IMG/VR virus record: IMGVR_UViG_3300030372_003090
Location: 1 to 29,723 of that record
Source of the DNA: a virus
Taxonomy: Duplodnaviria; Caudoviricetes
Strand: one strand, 5' to 3'
Length of the DNA: 29,723 bases
Position 1 is the first letter of the stretch, and each line of letters starts with the position of its first letter. Under the pieces are notes generated by a model. It was given only the letters and a program-made list of their open reading frames with translations. It was not told the origin of the DNA and did not search any database. Both the position numbers and the translations under genes were made by a program. Positions 19,313 to 28,035 of the stretch are shown here, piece by piece.

Positions 19313-20680
19313 TTAAGTAATCTTAAATAAAGAATGTGATTCGATTAATGAAATACCAACACCTTCATCAGACATGTATTGGTCTTTTATGCCATCGTAT
19401 CCATTGTCAGACTTGATGTTAGTCTGATACATTGGAGAACGATATTGAGCATGGAAAAGATTATCATCATCAATAATCACCATATGCTTATTGTAGTTTC
19501 CTCGTAAAGCAGGAGTAGGAATCAACTGAAGCATTCCATGAGGAGTTTCTAAAGTTCTGTAATTGAACCCTAGAGCATCACGCTTCATGTCACCTAAGTT
19601 AACTGCCCATCCTGAGTTACCACCGTAAGTACCTGAGTCAGAAGTAAGCTTATTCCACTCACCTAAAGCACCAGCACCACAGAAAGCACGCTTAATACCA
19701 CTTGTAGGAACATATTGGAAAACCTTTTCCATGTCATCTACAAATTCAGCATAACCGTAACTACCTGAGATACTAGCAGTGAATACATTTTGAGCATCAC
19801 TTGCTGAAGAAGAAGTCCCAAATGACTCTAAAGCACTTACTATACCATATGTACTTCTAATTAACTTACCATCAGCATCAAGTCGACCACCGTCATCAAA
19901 AGAACCAGTACCCATTCCTGTACCACCTACACGAGTACCGAATAAGAATGCTTTTTCTTTTTGCATTTTGTGCTCTTGGTTCTTCATTTCTCTTAATCGT
20001 GCTAACTCAGAAGACTCACCACGAAGAGCTGCTTGAAGAAGTGTACCTGTAACCTCAAGAGGAGTTTTGAAGATTTGTGTAGAATTATACACTACTTCTA
20101 ACTCATCTGCCCATGCATCAGGAGATACTTGACCTTCACCTTGTGCATTACCGATTACTTTAAAAACATCACCAGTCACCAAACTAAAAGCTGTTTTGGT
20201 CATGTTTTTAAGTACAAAATCAGAACCAGATTTAGCAATCACACCTACACCTTTAGGTAGTCCTGCTGCTGCTGCTGCTGAAGTATAAACTTCAACTATC
20301 AATCCAAGCATTGATGATGTGAAAACTGGAGCTGCATTATCTTGTCCCTCTAATCCTGTTACACCATTTGCTGCAATTGGGGTTCCTGGGGATGAAGAAT
20401 TGCCTAGTTTCACACCAGTATCATTATCACCACATTGAACTTGTGGTGCAGTACCTGATATGGTTCCCATTACTATTTGTTGTTTTACCCAAGGATTACG
20501 ATGCTCGAACATCTTAAATATTGGGTCATTTGTTTGACGAGTTTCTTTATTTGATATAACTGTCGTGAATGGAGCTACATCTGTCCACAATTCTCTTACA
20601 ACTTGTGGATCGATGTAGAAGTCACGCCTATCTGTATAAAGAACACCACTGGCTCCACCACTAGATAGATTTTTTGCCAT
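19313..20680 (-). CDS. Major capsid protein (HK97 fold, DUF5309/SU10-like; 455 aa)
   Basis: YNSTQIFKTPLEVTGT and EHKMQKEKAFLFG motifs, AAGGAG SD, follows portal and scaffold genes. Confidence 0.85.
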   Translation of the reverse strand: MAKNLSSGGASGVLYTDRRDFYIDPQVVRELWTDVAPFTTVISNKETRQTNDPIFKMFEHRNPWVKQQIVMGTISGTAPQVQCGDNDTGVKLGNSSSPGTPIAANGVTGLEGQDNAAPVFTSSMLGLIVEVYTSAAAAAGLPKGVGVIAKSGSDFVLKNMTKTAFSLVTGDVFKVIGNAQGEGQVSPDAWADELEVVYNSTQIFKTPLEVTGTLLQAALRGESSELARLREMKNQEHKMQKEKAFLFGTRVGGTGMGTGSFDDGGRLDADGKLIRSTYGIVSALESFGTSSSASDAQNVFTASISGSYGYAEFVDDMEKVFQYVPTSGIKRAFCGAGALGEWNKLTSDSGTYGGNSGWAVNLGDMKRDALGFNYRTLETPHGMLQLIPTPALRGNYNKHMVIIDDDNLFHAQYRSPMYQTNIKSDNGYDGIKDQYMSDEGVGISLIESHSLFKIT

Positions 20681-20694
20681 TTTATGTTACTCCT

Positions 20695-21699
20695 TTATCG
20701 TTTTTTAGATAAAAGCCCAGCACTAAAAGCCTGTTCATCTGTCATTGTTGGAGCAGGAGTACCCTGTTCAACAGTTGCAGTTCTAGGGACATTCATCCGT
20801 TGATTCTGCTGTTGCATTTGAATTACCTTTTGCTGTGCCTCTACCTGACTTCTTGAAGGAGAGTGAGCTGCATCATAGATTTTAGCTAGATGTTCCATAG
20901 TAACATTGCTTGGATTTTGAGCCCATGTTATAAAGTCGTTAGACTTTTGAGCATCCCAACCAAAGTTGTTCATAGCATATGATTGAGCTTGATTTATAGC
21001 TTGAACCTCTTGCTGTCTAGCAAATTGAGCTTTTTGCTCTTGTTGCCTATGTGCATCGACCTTACCATAATAATCAATCATACCATCTCTATAGTTATCC
21101 TTAGCTAATCTATATTTAAAAGATTCACTCTCTGGATCATTATATGCATCGACCTCATTATATGAATGTGGTTTAACAGGTGCTTCAGGCTGCTTCAATG
21201 GTCCTTCAAGATTTCCTTGGGCAGGTGAACCTTGTTGGGGTGCATTGGAGAGACTTTTTTGCTCCAACCGATTAAGCAACTCAGGGTCGCTTTGAATAGC
21301 CTCTGATATGGGGCCAAGAGTATTTTTATAGTACTCTAATTCTTGTTGGATTTTAAAATTCTCATTCTTTGCCTTATCGGCCTGTGATTGCCAATATTGC
21401 ATACGATTTGGGTCTTCAACTGGCGTTGATGGTTCTTCATACACTTCTTGAGGAGCTTCTTCTGTAAAGTTTTGCTCACTATTTGGTGATGTTAAACCTG
21501 TAGGCATACCATCATTCTCTAAACCAGAGCCGAATGGTTGATTGCCTATGTTATTAGTCGCAATTGGATCGTCACCTGTTTGGAACATCCCAGTTCCATT
21601 GCCAGTTGGAGCTTCTATTCCTGGTGTTTCCACAGGAACCTCTAAGCTCTCCATAGGTGCTTCAGCAGCATTGCGAACTTCTATTATGTTGTCCATCAT
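20695..21699 (-). CDS. Capsid scaffolding protein (334 aa)
   Basis: Acidic Pro/Glu-rich disordered N-terminus, coiled coils, basic tail. Lies between portal and capsid genes. Confidence 0.7.
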   Translation of the reverse strand: MMDNIIEVRNAAEAPMESLEVPVETPGIEAPTGNGTGMFQTGDDPIATNNIGNQPFGSGLENDGMPTGLTSPNSEQNFTEEAPQEVYEEPSTPVEDPNRMQYWQSQADKAKNENFKIQQELEYYKNTLGPISEAIQSDPELLNRLEQKSLSNAPQQGSPAQGNLEGPLKQPEAPVKPHSYNEVDAYNDPESESFKYRLAKDNYRDGMIDYYGKVDAHRQQEQKAQFARQQEVQAINQAQSYAMNNFGWDAQKSNDFITWAQNPSNVTMEHLAKIYDAAHSPSRSQVEAQQKVIQMQQQNQRMNVPRTATVEQGTPAPTMTDEQAFSAGLLSKKR

Positions 21700-21738
21700 C
21701 GTCTTTCTGCCATTGTAACCTTAAAGGCCCAGCATGGC

Positions 21739-23952
21739 TTATATTCCGATTATCTTCTTGTTTTGCTCAGACACCTCTGACATTGTATCATCCTCAATAT
21801 CAGAAACTGCCTCTTTGAGTTTAGCAAGCTCATCACCTGCTCTAGCTTTGTAGAGACTGGAAGCCATTTCGGCTTTAGCCTCTGCTTTAGCTAATTTTAC
21901 TTCAAATTCTTTAAGCTCAACACGCTTCCTGTCGTGGAGAGATTCTCGATGTGCTGTTTGTAGGTCGCCTTCGAGGTCTTTAATTTTTTCTTCAGCTTGC
22001 TGTAAAGCCCCTTGTAATTGAGACATCTGGCTTGATCTGGCAAGAACACCTTCCATATCTGCGACATCTGTTTGTTTTAATAGCTCTGTTTGGTCAATAA
22101 CCCCCATAGAGTATAATTCTTTATAATACTCAAATCGGGCCCATCTATTATTTGGTAGCGTAGAACCAGCCACAACAACAACATCATAATGCCCAATTGT
22201 TACATCATTAACCTTCCCTAAGAACTCACCTGTAATATCATGGTATACAGGTTGATTCAACTCAATCTCTGCCTGTGTATTGTTAGGCTTTAGTATTCTC
22301 AACATCTTTCTATCAGTGTAGATGTATTGAATCATATTCACTATCACTTTAGCAATCTCGTTTAGAGATGCTTCAATATCATCCTTTTTAGACCTAATCC
22401 TACGCTGACCAAATTCGTCTAAAGCAATTGTTCCTTTATAGGTTTGAGGGGCTGCACCTTGGTCTCCCTGCATAAGTGCATATATACCAAGTATCTGTTC
22501 TATATCAGCCTTAGCATCTGCTTCATTTTTATATAGTTCATTAGGAAGAGGGACAGGACCTGCAACAATTGGTTGACCAAGTTCGGGATCATATTCAATT
22601 ACTGCTGTACCTGCTCTACCCCATTCCTGCTCTAATTGCCTCTTATTCATAGAGCCACGAGGTATAAGTAGTTTTACATTTGTGGATGAAGAGGCATGTG
22701 CAACGATTAAACTTCTAATTTTATTTATATATTCCTGCAAACCTTTAACAAGTCGCACATCACTCATAGGATAAGGATTGCGATTATGTCTGTTCATAAA
22801 TGGAACAATAGGATATCTATCTATAGGAAGGACTGCAGAATAAAGATATTCATCTCCAACGGATAAGCAGACCTTGATGTTTGTTTGCTCAATAGGAACA
22901 ACCTCAATCAAACCTTCCTCTATCATTTCAGCTTTCTTAAGAGGAACAAGCTCTGTAGTAGAGCCTGGAACAGACATTTGATTCTCTTCACCTTTTACAG
23001 GGAAAGGCTGTCCAGTTTGGGGGTCTATTTCCATGTGGAATAATTGACCTACATTTTCATAAATTTCTTGCATTTGAGCCACTGCTTGAGGCTCAGTAAT
23101 GTAGTTACGACCTTGAGCAGTAATTGTAAGCATACAATCTTGCATTTGATACTCTTTGAACTGCTCGCCATTTAATATCTCTTCTCTATTTTGATAAGGG
23201 TCAAATACCCTGCTATAAGGAATCTTTACCTTTGTATATCTTTCAAATAACTCTAATTCCTTATCACCATCTGAATCTCTATCTTTATTCCCAGTTACAG
23301 GAAGTACCTGCTCATCCAACAACCCAAATCGAGTAGTAGTTGGCATAGATAGATGTGATGTTTCTTTTGCAGATTCTATTAATTCTTTAAATTGAGGATA
23401 AGCACTTAGTACTTGAGACCTCATAACCTTTTTGCCAATAATGATGTGATTTGCATCATGACAGAATTGATCTTGTGATGCAGGGTCTATATAGACATCT
23501 AAGGGGCTAATAGCTTTAAGGCATACCTCACCCTTACTGTAATCTTTTTTCGGGTCTATATATGCATTCATGACCCCCATACCCATAACATAGTAGTCGT
23601 CAATGACTTGTTTTAGTACTGCATTGCCATTGCTATTATCCCAGATCCACGACATTAAATCAGAAAATATCCGACCTGTCCTCACATCGGAATCTTCTCT
23701 AGCCGCAGATTGGAATCTAGGGGAATTTGAGGTTAGTAGAGCCTTGGCTTGCTCTACCGCACTGTGGATGACATTAACGACTACAGGTTCTTGTGCTCTA
23801 CTTCTTAATGTTTTTACCTGCTTATCAGACCACTGCTTTCCATTTCTAAACTCATTATCTTCAACAGCTTGTTTAGCCCACTCTGAACGCTTACTAGAGT
23901 AGTCTTGTATAAGGTCTGTGGTTAATTTTGATTCTGGGTTTTTATCTGGCAT
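21739..23952 (-). CDS. Portal protein, P22-like (737 aa)
   Basis: F-x-x-G-x-QW...R...N-x-I N-terminus, YIDP, YPIVPF, Q...NK-x-RS, YDVVV motifs and a C-terminal coiled-coil barrel. Follows TerL. Confidence 0.88.
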   Translation of the reverse strand: MPDKNPESKLTTDLIQDYSSKRSEWAKQAVEDNEFRNGKQWSDKQVKTLRSRAQEPVVVNVIHSAVEQAKALLTSNSPRFQSAAREDSDVRTGRIFSDLMSWIWDNSNGNAVLKQVIDDYYVMGMGVMNAYIDPKKDYSKGEVCLKAISPLDVYIDPASQDQFCHDANHIIIGKKVMRSQVLSAYPQFKELIESAKETSHLSMPTTTRFGLLDEQVLPVTGNKDRDSDGDKELELFERYTKVKIPYSRVFDPYQNREEILNGEQFKEYQMQDCMLTITAQGRNYITEPQAVAQMQEIYENVGQLFHMEIDPQTGQPFPVKGEENQMSVPGSTTELVPLKKAEMIEEGLIEVVPIEQTNIKVCLSVGDEYLYSAVLPIDRYPIVPFMNRHNRNPYPMSDVRLVKGLQEYINKIRSLIVAHASSSTNVKLLIPRGSMNKRQLEQEWGRAGTAVIEYDPELGQPIVAGPVPLPNELYKNEADAKADIEQILGIYALMQGDQGAAPQTYKGTIALDEFGQRRIRSKKDDIEASLNEIAKVIVNMIQYIYTDRKMLRILKPNNTQAEIELNQPVYHDITGEFLGKVNDVTIGHYDVVVVAGSTLPNNRWARFEYYKELYSMGVIDQTELLKQTDVADMEGVLARSSQMSQLQGALQQAEEKIKDLEGDLQTAHRESLHDRKRVELKEFEVKLAKAEAKAEMASSLYKARAGDELAKLKEAVSDIEDDTMSEVSEQNKKIIGI

Positions 23953-23980
23953 ATAAAGTTACACTTTAATCTTTGGGTGT

Positions 23981-24021
23981 AACTTACAGCTTTTATTAGC
24001 ACTTATGCAACTTAAGTTAAC
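23981..24021 (-). promoter_or_regulatory. Putative sigma70-like promoter for the portal operon
   Basis: Minus strand TTGCAT (24010-24005), 18-nt spacer, TAAGTT (23986-23981). Shares a 17-mer with the element at 27790. Confidence 0.5.
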
Positions 24022-24033
24022 AGAAATTTACAA

Positions 24034-25524
24034 TTAAGCTGTCTTCCAGTCATAGCTGCCATCTAACAATGGATTGCGACCCTCTTTCTTGCCTTTTTCT
24101 TTATTTGTATGTGAGGGCGTGTAAATACCTTTGGTTGCATAGAAGAGGCCATCAAGTAGATCGTCATGCTTACCACGAGGGTACATAAGCAGCTCATCTC
24201 TTAATTCTTCCATGCTCTTTTGCATATAGAATTTCTTTTGAGCAAAGTAAGGCTCCATTGTCTCCAATCTGGACGACTTGGAAGTTCTAGGGTTTTCTTT
24301 AATTTCAAGACCTGGAATAAACAATCCATCTTCTTCGCATCGTTTACGGATATACTCACGAAGCATCTCCTGATACCCAACTGACTCTATCCTTGTTTTG
24401 TCAGGTCTATATATTTTCACCTGATTTAAGATAGCTTCAGCTACATTCATGGGGGTTGCTCGTTTTCGATAATAAGGTAAAACGAAACGATTACCATCTT
24501 TATCAACTGCAACGGTTACAATGACGGAGAAATCGGCTGTCTGCCTTGTGGATGAAGCTGGGTCAACCCCCATGAATATATTAACTGCTCTTAACTCATT
24601 GCAATCTTTACCATTTATGCTGGTAAACTTTAAATATGCCTTATCATTATCATATTCTAATTTCCCATCATAATACTGAATATAGTCATCTCTAAATAGC
24701 TGGTCTTCATCTCCTACTACTTCACATAAATACTCTCTATAGAAAACCGATACTCTATTGATACTTTCTAATTCTTTTTTCTTTTCCTTTAATTTCTTGA
24801 TTGGCTGCCAATCTTCCCATAATGCTTTATTATTATCCAAATCAGGTTTAAAAAGCATATTCTTCCAGCCTCTCATTTCCTTCAATGTCTCTACCATGCA
24901 CCTTTGGTGAATTGGAGTACCAATAATTGCAATCCTGCCCTTCACTGGATCGAGTGATGGAACTGCAGATTGTAGTAACCAGCGAAGATTACCTTCCATA
25001 GCCTCTGATGTCTTAGTATTATTCTCATCTTCTGGGTCGTCTACGATAATAAGAGTAGGTCGCTGGTTACCATGTTTAATCCCTCGTAATTGTTGTCCCG
25101 TACCTTTACAAATAATCATTGAACCATCTTTAAGTTCTATTTCAGTTTTGGCCCAAGTTCTAGCAGAATTGACTCCCCAGTAACCAAACATCTGCCTGAA
25201 TGTCTCTGAATAGTCCAGTACATCTTTAATTGTACCTAACAGCTTAGTTGCATGGTCTTGTGTACGAGATACAAGAACAATAAGCTTTGGACCTTTACTG
25301 AACATAATATGCCACAATGGGAATACGCCACCTACAATGGATGATTTAGCATGACCACGAGGGGCTATAATATTAATCTGCTTGACAGAATCATCTTTTA
25401 ATTCATCTGCAATAGTGTAGTGAAACTCTGGAGATTCAGCAGAAAACATATTCGGCATAGCTACTTTACCAAATAGTATCATATTGTCTTTTAACTTAGC
25501 TAATACTGTCGACTTCTGCTTCAA
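24034..25524 (-). CDS. terL: Terminase large subunit
   Basis: Walker A APRGHAKS, Walker B LIIVDD, IGTP coupling motif, nuclease GVDPA and HDDLLD. Confidence 0.95.
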   Translation of the reverse strand: MKQKSTVLAKLKDNMILFGKVAMPNMFSAESPEFHYTIADELKDDSVKQINIIAPRGHAKSSIVGGVFPLWHIMFSKGPKLIVLVSRTQDHATKLLGTIKDVLDYSETFRQMFGYWGVNSARTWAKTEIELKDGSMIICKGTGQQLRGIKHGNQRPTLIIVDDPEDENNTKTSEAMEGNLRWLLQSAVPSLDPVKGRIAIIGTPIHQRCMVETLKEMRGWKNMLFKPDLDNNKALWEDWQPIKKLKEKKKELESINRVSVFYREYLCEVVGDEDQLFRDDYIQYYDGKLEYDNDKAYLKFTSINGKDCNELRAVNIFMGVDPASSTRQTADFSVIVTVAVDKDGNRFVLPYYRKRATPMNVAEAILNQVKIYRPDKTRIESVGYQEMLREYIRKRCEEDGLFIPGLEIKENPRTSKSSRLETMEPYFAQKKFYMQKSMEELRDELLMYPRGKHDDLLDGLFYATKGIYTPSHTNKEKGKKEGRNPLLDGSYDWKTA

Positions 25525-25666
25525 GTCTTCTCAACCTTTCTTCCATGTTATCTATTAATTGCTTCCAATCTACAGGAGTATGCGAGTCCATTTCAAGACT
25601 TGCAACTCTTCGTGCTAGAGCATCTATCTGTTCCTGTATCTGTATAGCTATATGCTCTAATAGCAT
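25496..25666 (-). CDS. Small coiled-coil protein (56 aa; not in ORF track)
   Basis: MLLEHIAIQIQEQIDALARRVASLEMDSHTPVDWKQLIDNMEERLRRLEAEVDSIS fills the gap between DUF3310 and terL, overlapping both. Confidence 0.65.
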   Translation of the reverse strand: MLLEHIAIQIQEQIDALARRVASLEMDSHTPVDWKQLIDNMEERLRRLEAEVDSIS

Positions 25667-25902
25667 GCTGCTGGAATTTCTCCTTTTTCAAGTTTGTCGA
25701 TTAAATCATCTATATACCATCTAGCTTTTTTTAAATCTTCAACAGTATTGCCTTTATATGGACATCTTGTGACATACTTGATAACATTCCCTCGAATAAA
25801 ATCCATTTGCCAAGATGCGATAAAGTCAGTCACCTCTATACCTTTAGTGTAATGAGGTGGATGATTTACCATATCTTCATTCTTTTCTTTCATCAATCTC
25901 AC
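25657..25902 (-). CDS. DUF3310 protein (T7 gp1.7-related, putative nucleotide kinase); start uncertain
   Basis: DMVNHPPHY...IE...GNVIKYVTR...KG...EDLKKARWYI signature. Confidence 0.88.
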   Translation of the reverse strand: MRLMKEKNEDMVNHPPHYTKGIEVTDFIASWQMDFIRGNVIKYVTRCPYKGNTVEDLKKARWYIDDLIDKLEKGEIPAACY

Positions 25903-26650
25903 TCTTTCTTTCTAGTTTTACTCTTTTCTCTTCTTTATCAATTGCATCAGTAATCTGTGATGAGAAGTCCATTTCTATTGAATCGGTAACAATCTTCTTC
26001 CCTGGCTTCATTTCTAGTAAATCCATAAATACATCTGCAGCTTGAAGGATTAATTGCGGCTTACCATCTTCTCTTGCCTTAGCAATTACCTCTTGATGGA
26101 GGTCAATCACATATTCTCTATCAATCCCTTTCTTTATCAAAAGGTCTTTAGTCTTTTCTTCTACCATCTTCTGTATAGATTCTTGTTTCATCAATCTCCT
26201 AACTGTAGCTGCAGGTGTCTTCTGCTCTGGTCTATATATGTTTCCAAGAATATCCCAGTCTATAGGCTTATCAGACAACAACATGTCCACATATGCATTT
26301 ACTACATTCTTAGTTCTAGTCTTTCCAACCTCTTTATCTGCCCAATGAGTAGGATTAGACTGTGTATAGCAATCTGCAGACAGGTTATCAAGAAAATTTA
26401 TTTTAGAATTTTTTGAGACCCAGTTGGTTCCATATGATAGTTTTATATTTATTTTAGTTCGTTTCTTTTTGTCTGTATATATAGACTTCTTTAAACAAAT
26501 ACCCACATATCCATCATCAGATAAGGCATTATCACCCTCTTGTGCATCTTTCCAGTAAACATACTCCATACCTAAATCATCAGCCTCTTTCTGACTATGA
26601 ATCTGATAGCTACGGAGTATATTGTTCACTTTTCTTTTGATTACATGCAC
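25877..26650 (-). CDS. Probable terminase small subunit with extra N-terminal domain (257 aa)
   Basis: C-terminal AATVRRLMKQESIQ...GIDREYVID...IAKARE...ILQAAD helical pattern resembles TerS. Upstream of terL. Confidence 0.55.
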   Translation of the reverse strand: MHVIKRKVNNILRSYQIHSQKEADDLGMEYVYWKDAQEGDNALSDDGYVGICLKKSIYTDKKKRTKINIKLSYGTNWVSKNSKINFLDNLSADCYTQSNPTHWADKEVGKTRTKNVVNAYVDMLLSDKPIDWDILGNIYRPEQKTPAATVRRLMKQESIQKMVEEKTKDLLIKKGIDREYVIDLHQEVIAKAREDGKPQLILQAADVFMDLLEMKPGKKIVTDSIEMDFSSQITDAIDKEEKRVKLERKSEIDERKE

Positions 26651-27471
26651 TACTTTAGTATTCCATGTGCTTTCATTGCAGATACCATTCGTGTAACTCC
26701 AATACCACCACCAAAACGCTTAAACATATCAAGTGCTAAGTATTCTTCTAACTCATCTTCTACTCTTTTCTTACCAAAATGGTTATATAGAAGTTGTGCA
26801 TATTCACCATCAGATATATTATGGAACTGGTCTCTCATTTCCTGTACATCTGTAGCTCTTTCTGCACTTCCAATAGTCTCCATTCCATGCATAATAACAT
26901 CAACTTTATTATACATTCCTTCACCTGCATGTTTCATGTTCCAGAATGGATGAGTTCTAAGTGGAAAGTCTTTTAAGAACACACAAGGTGTATATTGCTT
27001 ACATAAAGCATCTTCTTCATCATAGTCCAACAATTCAACATCATAATGCTTACATGCATCGTCATAGCTAATTGTCTTATGGACTTCACCAAACCCTAGA
27101 TGTGATAATAGCTCTGTTTCAAGAGCCATCATATCTTTCATACCCCCATGAGATTCAAATTCAAACATTGGGAAGACTTTATCATGTCTACCCTCTACTG
27201 GATTTGGCTCATTTCTATAACTTGTAGTTATACAGAACACCCCTTTAGCATCAGGATTATCTAATAAATCCCTTTCTAACCACATTTGCCCTGTTTGAGG
27301 CAATGGCCAGTTAATACCACTGAATATATATTGCGATATTGTAGCTGGATCCTCACATGCAGCTAATATAGATTGCCTAGATTGTGCAGGTACCTCAATG
27401 AATCCTTTCTTTTCTTGAAAGAACTTTCTCATTTCTTTAACTGCATAACTATAGTCGTACATATTTTTCAC
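26650..27471 (-). CDS. Class IIb aminoacyl-tRNA-synthetase catalytic-domain paralogue (AsnRS/AspRS-like, no anticodon domain; 273 aa)
   Basis: Motif 1 FFQEKKGFIEVP, LPQTGQMWLE, motif 2 YRNEP...RH...FPMFEFE, ETIGSAER, motif 3 GGGIGVTRM. GTG start with AAGGAG SD. Confidence 0.85.
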   Translation of the reverse strand: MKNMYDYSYAVKEMRKFFQEKKGFIEVPAQSRQSILAACEDPATISQYIFSGINWPLPQTGQMWLERDLLDNPDAKGVFCITTSYRNEPNPVEGRHDKVFPMFEFESHGGMKDMMALETELLSHLGFGEVHKTISYDDACKHYDVELLDYDEEDALCKQYTPCVFLKDFPLRTHPFWNMKHAGEGMYNKVDVIMHGMETIGSAERATDVQEMRDQFHNISDGEYAQLLYNHFGKKRVEDELEEYLALDMFKRFGGGIGVTRMVSAMKAHGILK

Positions 27472-27485
27472 TTACTTACTCCTTA

Positions 27486-27608
27486 TTAGGGAAACCCTAA
27501 GGGTTACCCTTATTAACCTTTAATACACTTCCCTTAAGGAAGTGTATATACTCCCTAAGAGAGTACTCTACCTAAGGGCTACCCTTATATACTTAACCCT
27601 TAAGTTAA
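27486..27608. repeat. Cluster of short palindromes built on CC(C/T)TAAG/TAAGGG
   Basis: 18-nt direct repeat CCTAAGGG[T/C]TACCCTTAT at 27496 and 27571, 10-bp inverted repeat ATACACTTCC/GGAAGTGTAT (27523-27547), TTAGGG-aaa-CCCTAA. Confidence 0.8.
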
Positions 27609-27787
27609 TCCCTACTCTCACCTTCATCATTCAACATTTGTGATAACATTCTAGTCACTATTTCTCTTTCAGCTTCATATAGATCAAAGTCTTTCTTGAA
27701 TTGCTTGTAAATAGATGAATGTGACTCAGTATCTTCCCACAAACCAGTTGACAAATCAAATGTCTCATATGTCTTCTTTGTTGCCAT
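27605..27787 (-). CDS. Hypothetical acidic protein (60 aa), first gene of the leftward unit, possibly leaderless
   Basis: ATG lies 5 nt after a -10-like TAAATT. No SD. Confidence 0.65.
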   Translation of the reverse strand: MATKKTYETFDLSTGLWEDTESHSSIYKQFKKDFDLYEAEREIVTRMLSQMLNDEGESRD

Positions 27788-27838
27788 ATGTTAATTTAAG
27801 TTGCATTGAGTAAATTATCAAAGCTAGATTATTAACAT
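27788..27838. promoter_or_regulatory. Overlapping divergent sigma70-like promoters
   Basis: Leftward TTGATA (27821-27816)-17 nt-TAAATT (27798-27793). Rightward TTGCAT (27801)-18 nt-TAGATT (27825). Bracketed by the inverted repeat ATGTTAAT/ATTAACAT. Confidence 0.5.
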
Positions 27839-28021
27839 GGATTTGTAAAAATTGCTGTAGAATGGGAGTGAGGGATATACATAGGACCCACCCCCCACTA
27901 AATTAGGGTTAAGGGTTCTAAACTCGTTGAGTTCAACCGTTGAGGTTGACATCAATCGAGTGGTGTATAACACACTAACACACCGTGTATACATCTACTA
28001 ATCCATACAACAGCAGGAGAG

Positions 28022-28035
28022 TGTCTCCCTTTTTT
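28022..28035 (+). promoter_or_regulatory. Invariant motif TGTCTCCCTTTTTT copy 1 (putative phage-RNAP promoter)
   Basis: Exact match. Only a 5-bp stem (GGAGA-gtg-TCTCC). Precedes the predicted ncRNA. Confidence 0.65.

Noticed and set aside
23603-26976. Alternative-frame or antisense ORFs 23603, 25857, 26054, 26597, 26794 (also 7499, 10131, 12570, 29045 elsewhere)
   Set aside because: They overlap better-supported genes and show no independent evidence of coding.
27946-27971. TTGACA...TATAAC sigma70 promoter
   Set aside because: Spacer is only 14 nt.
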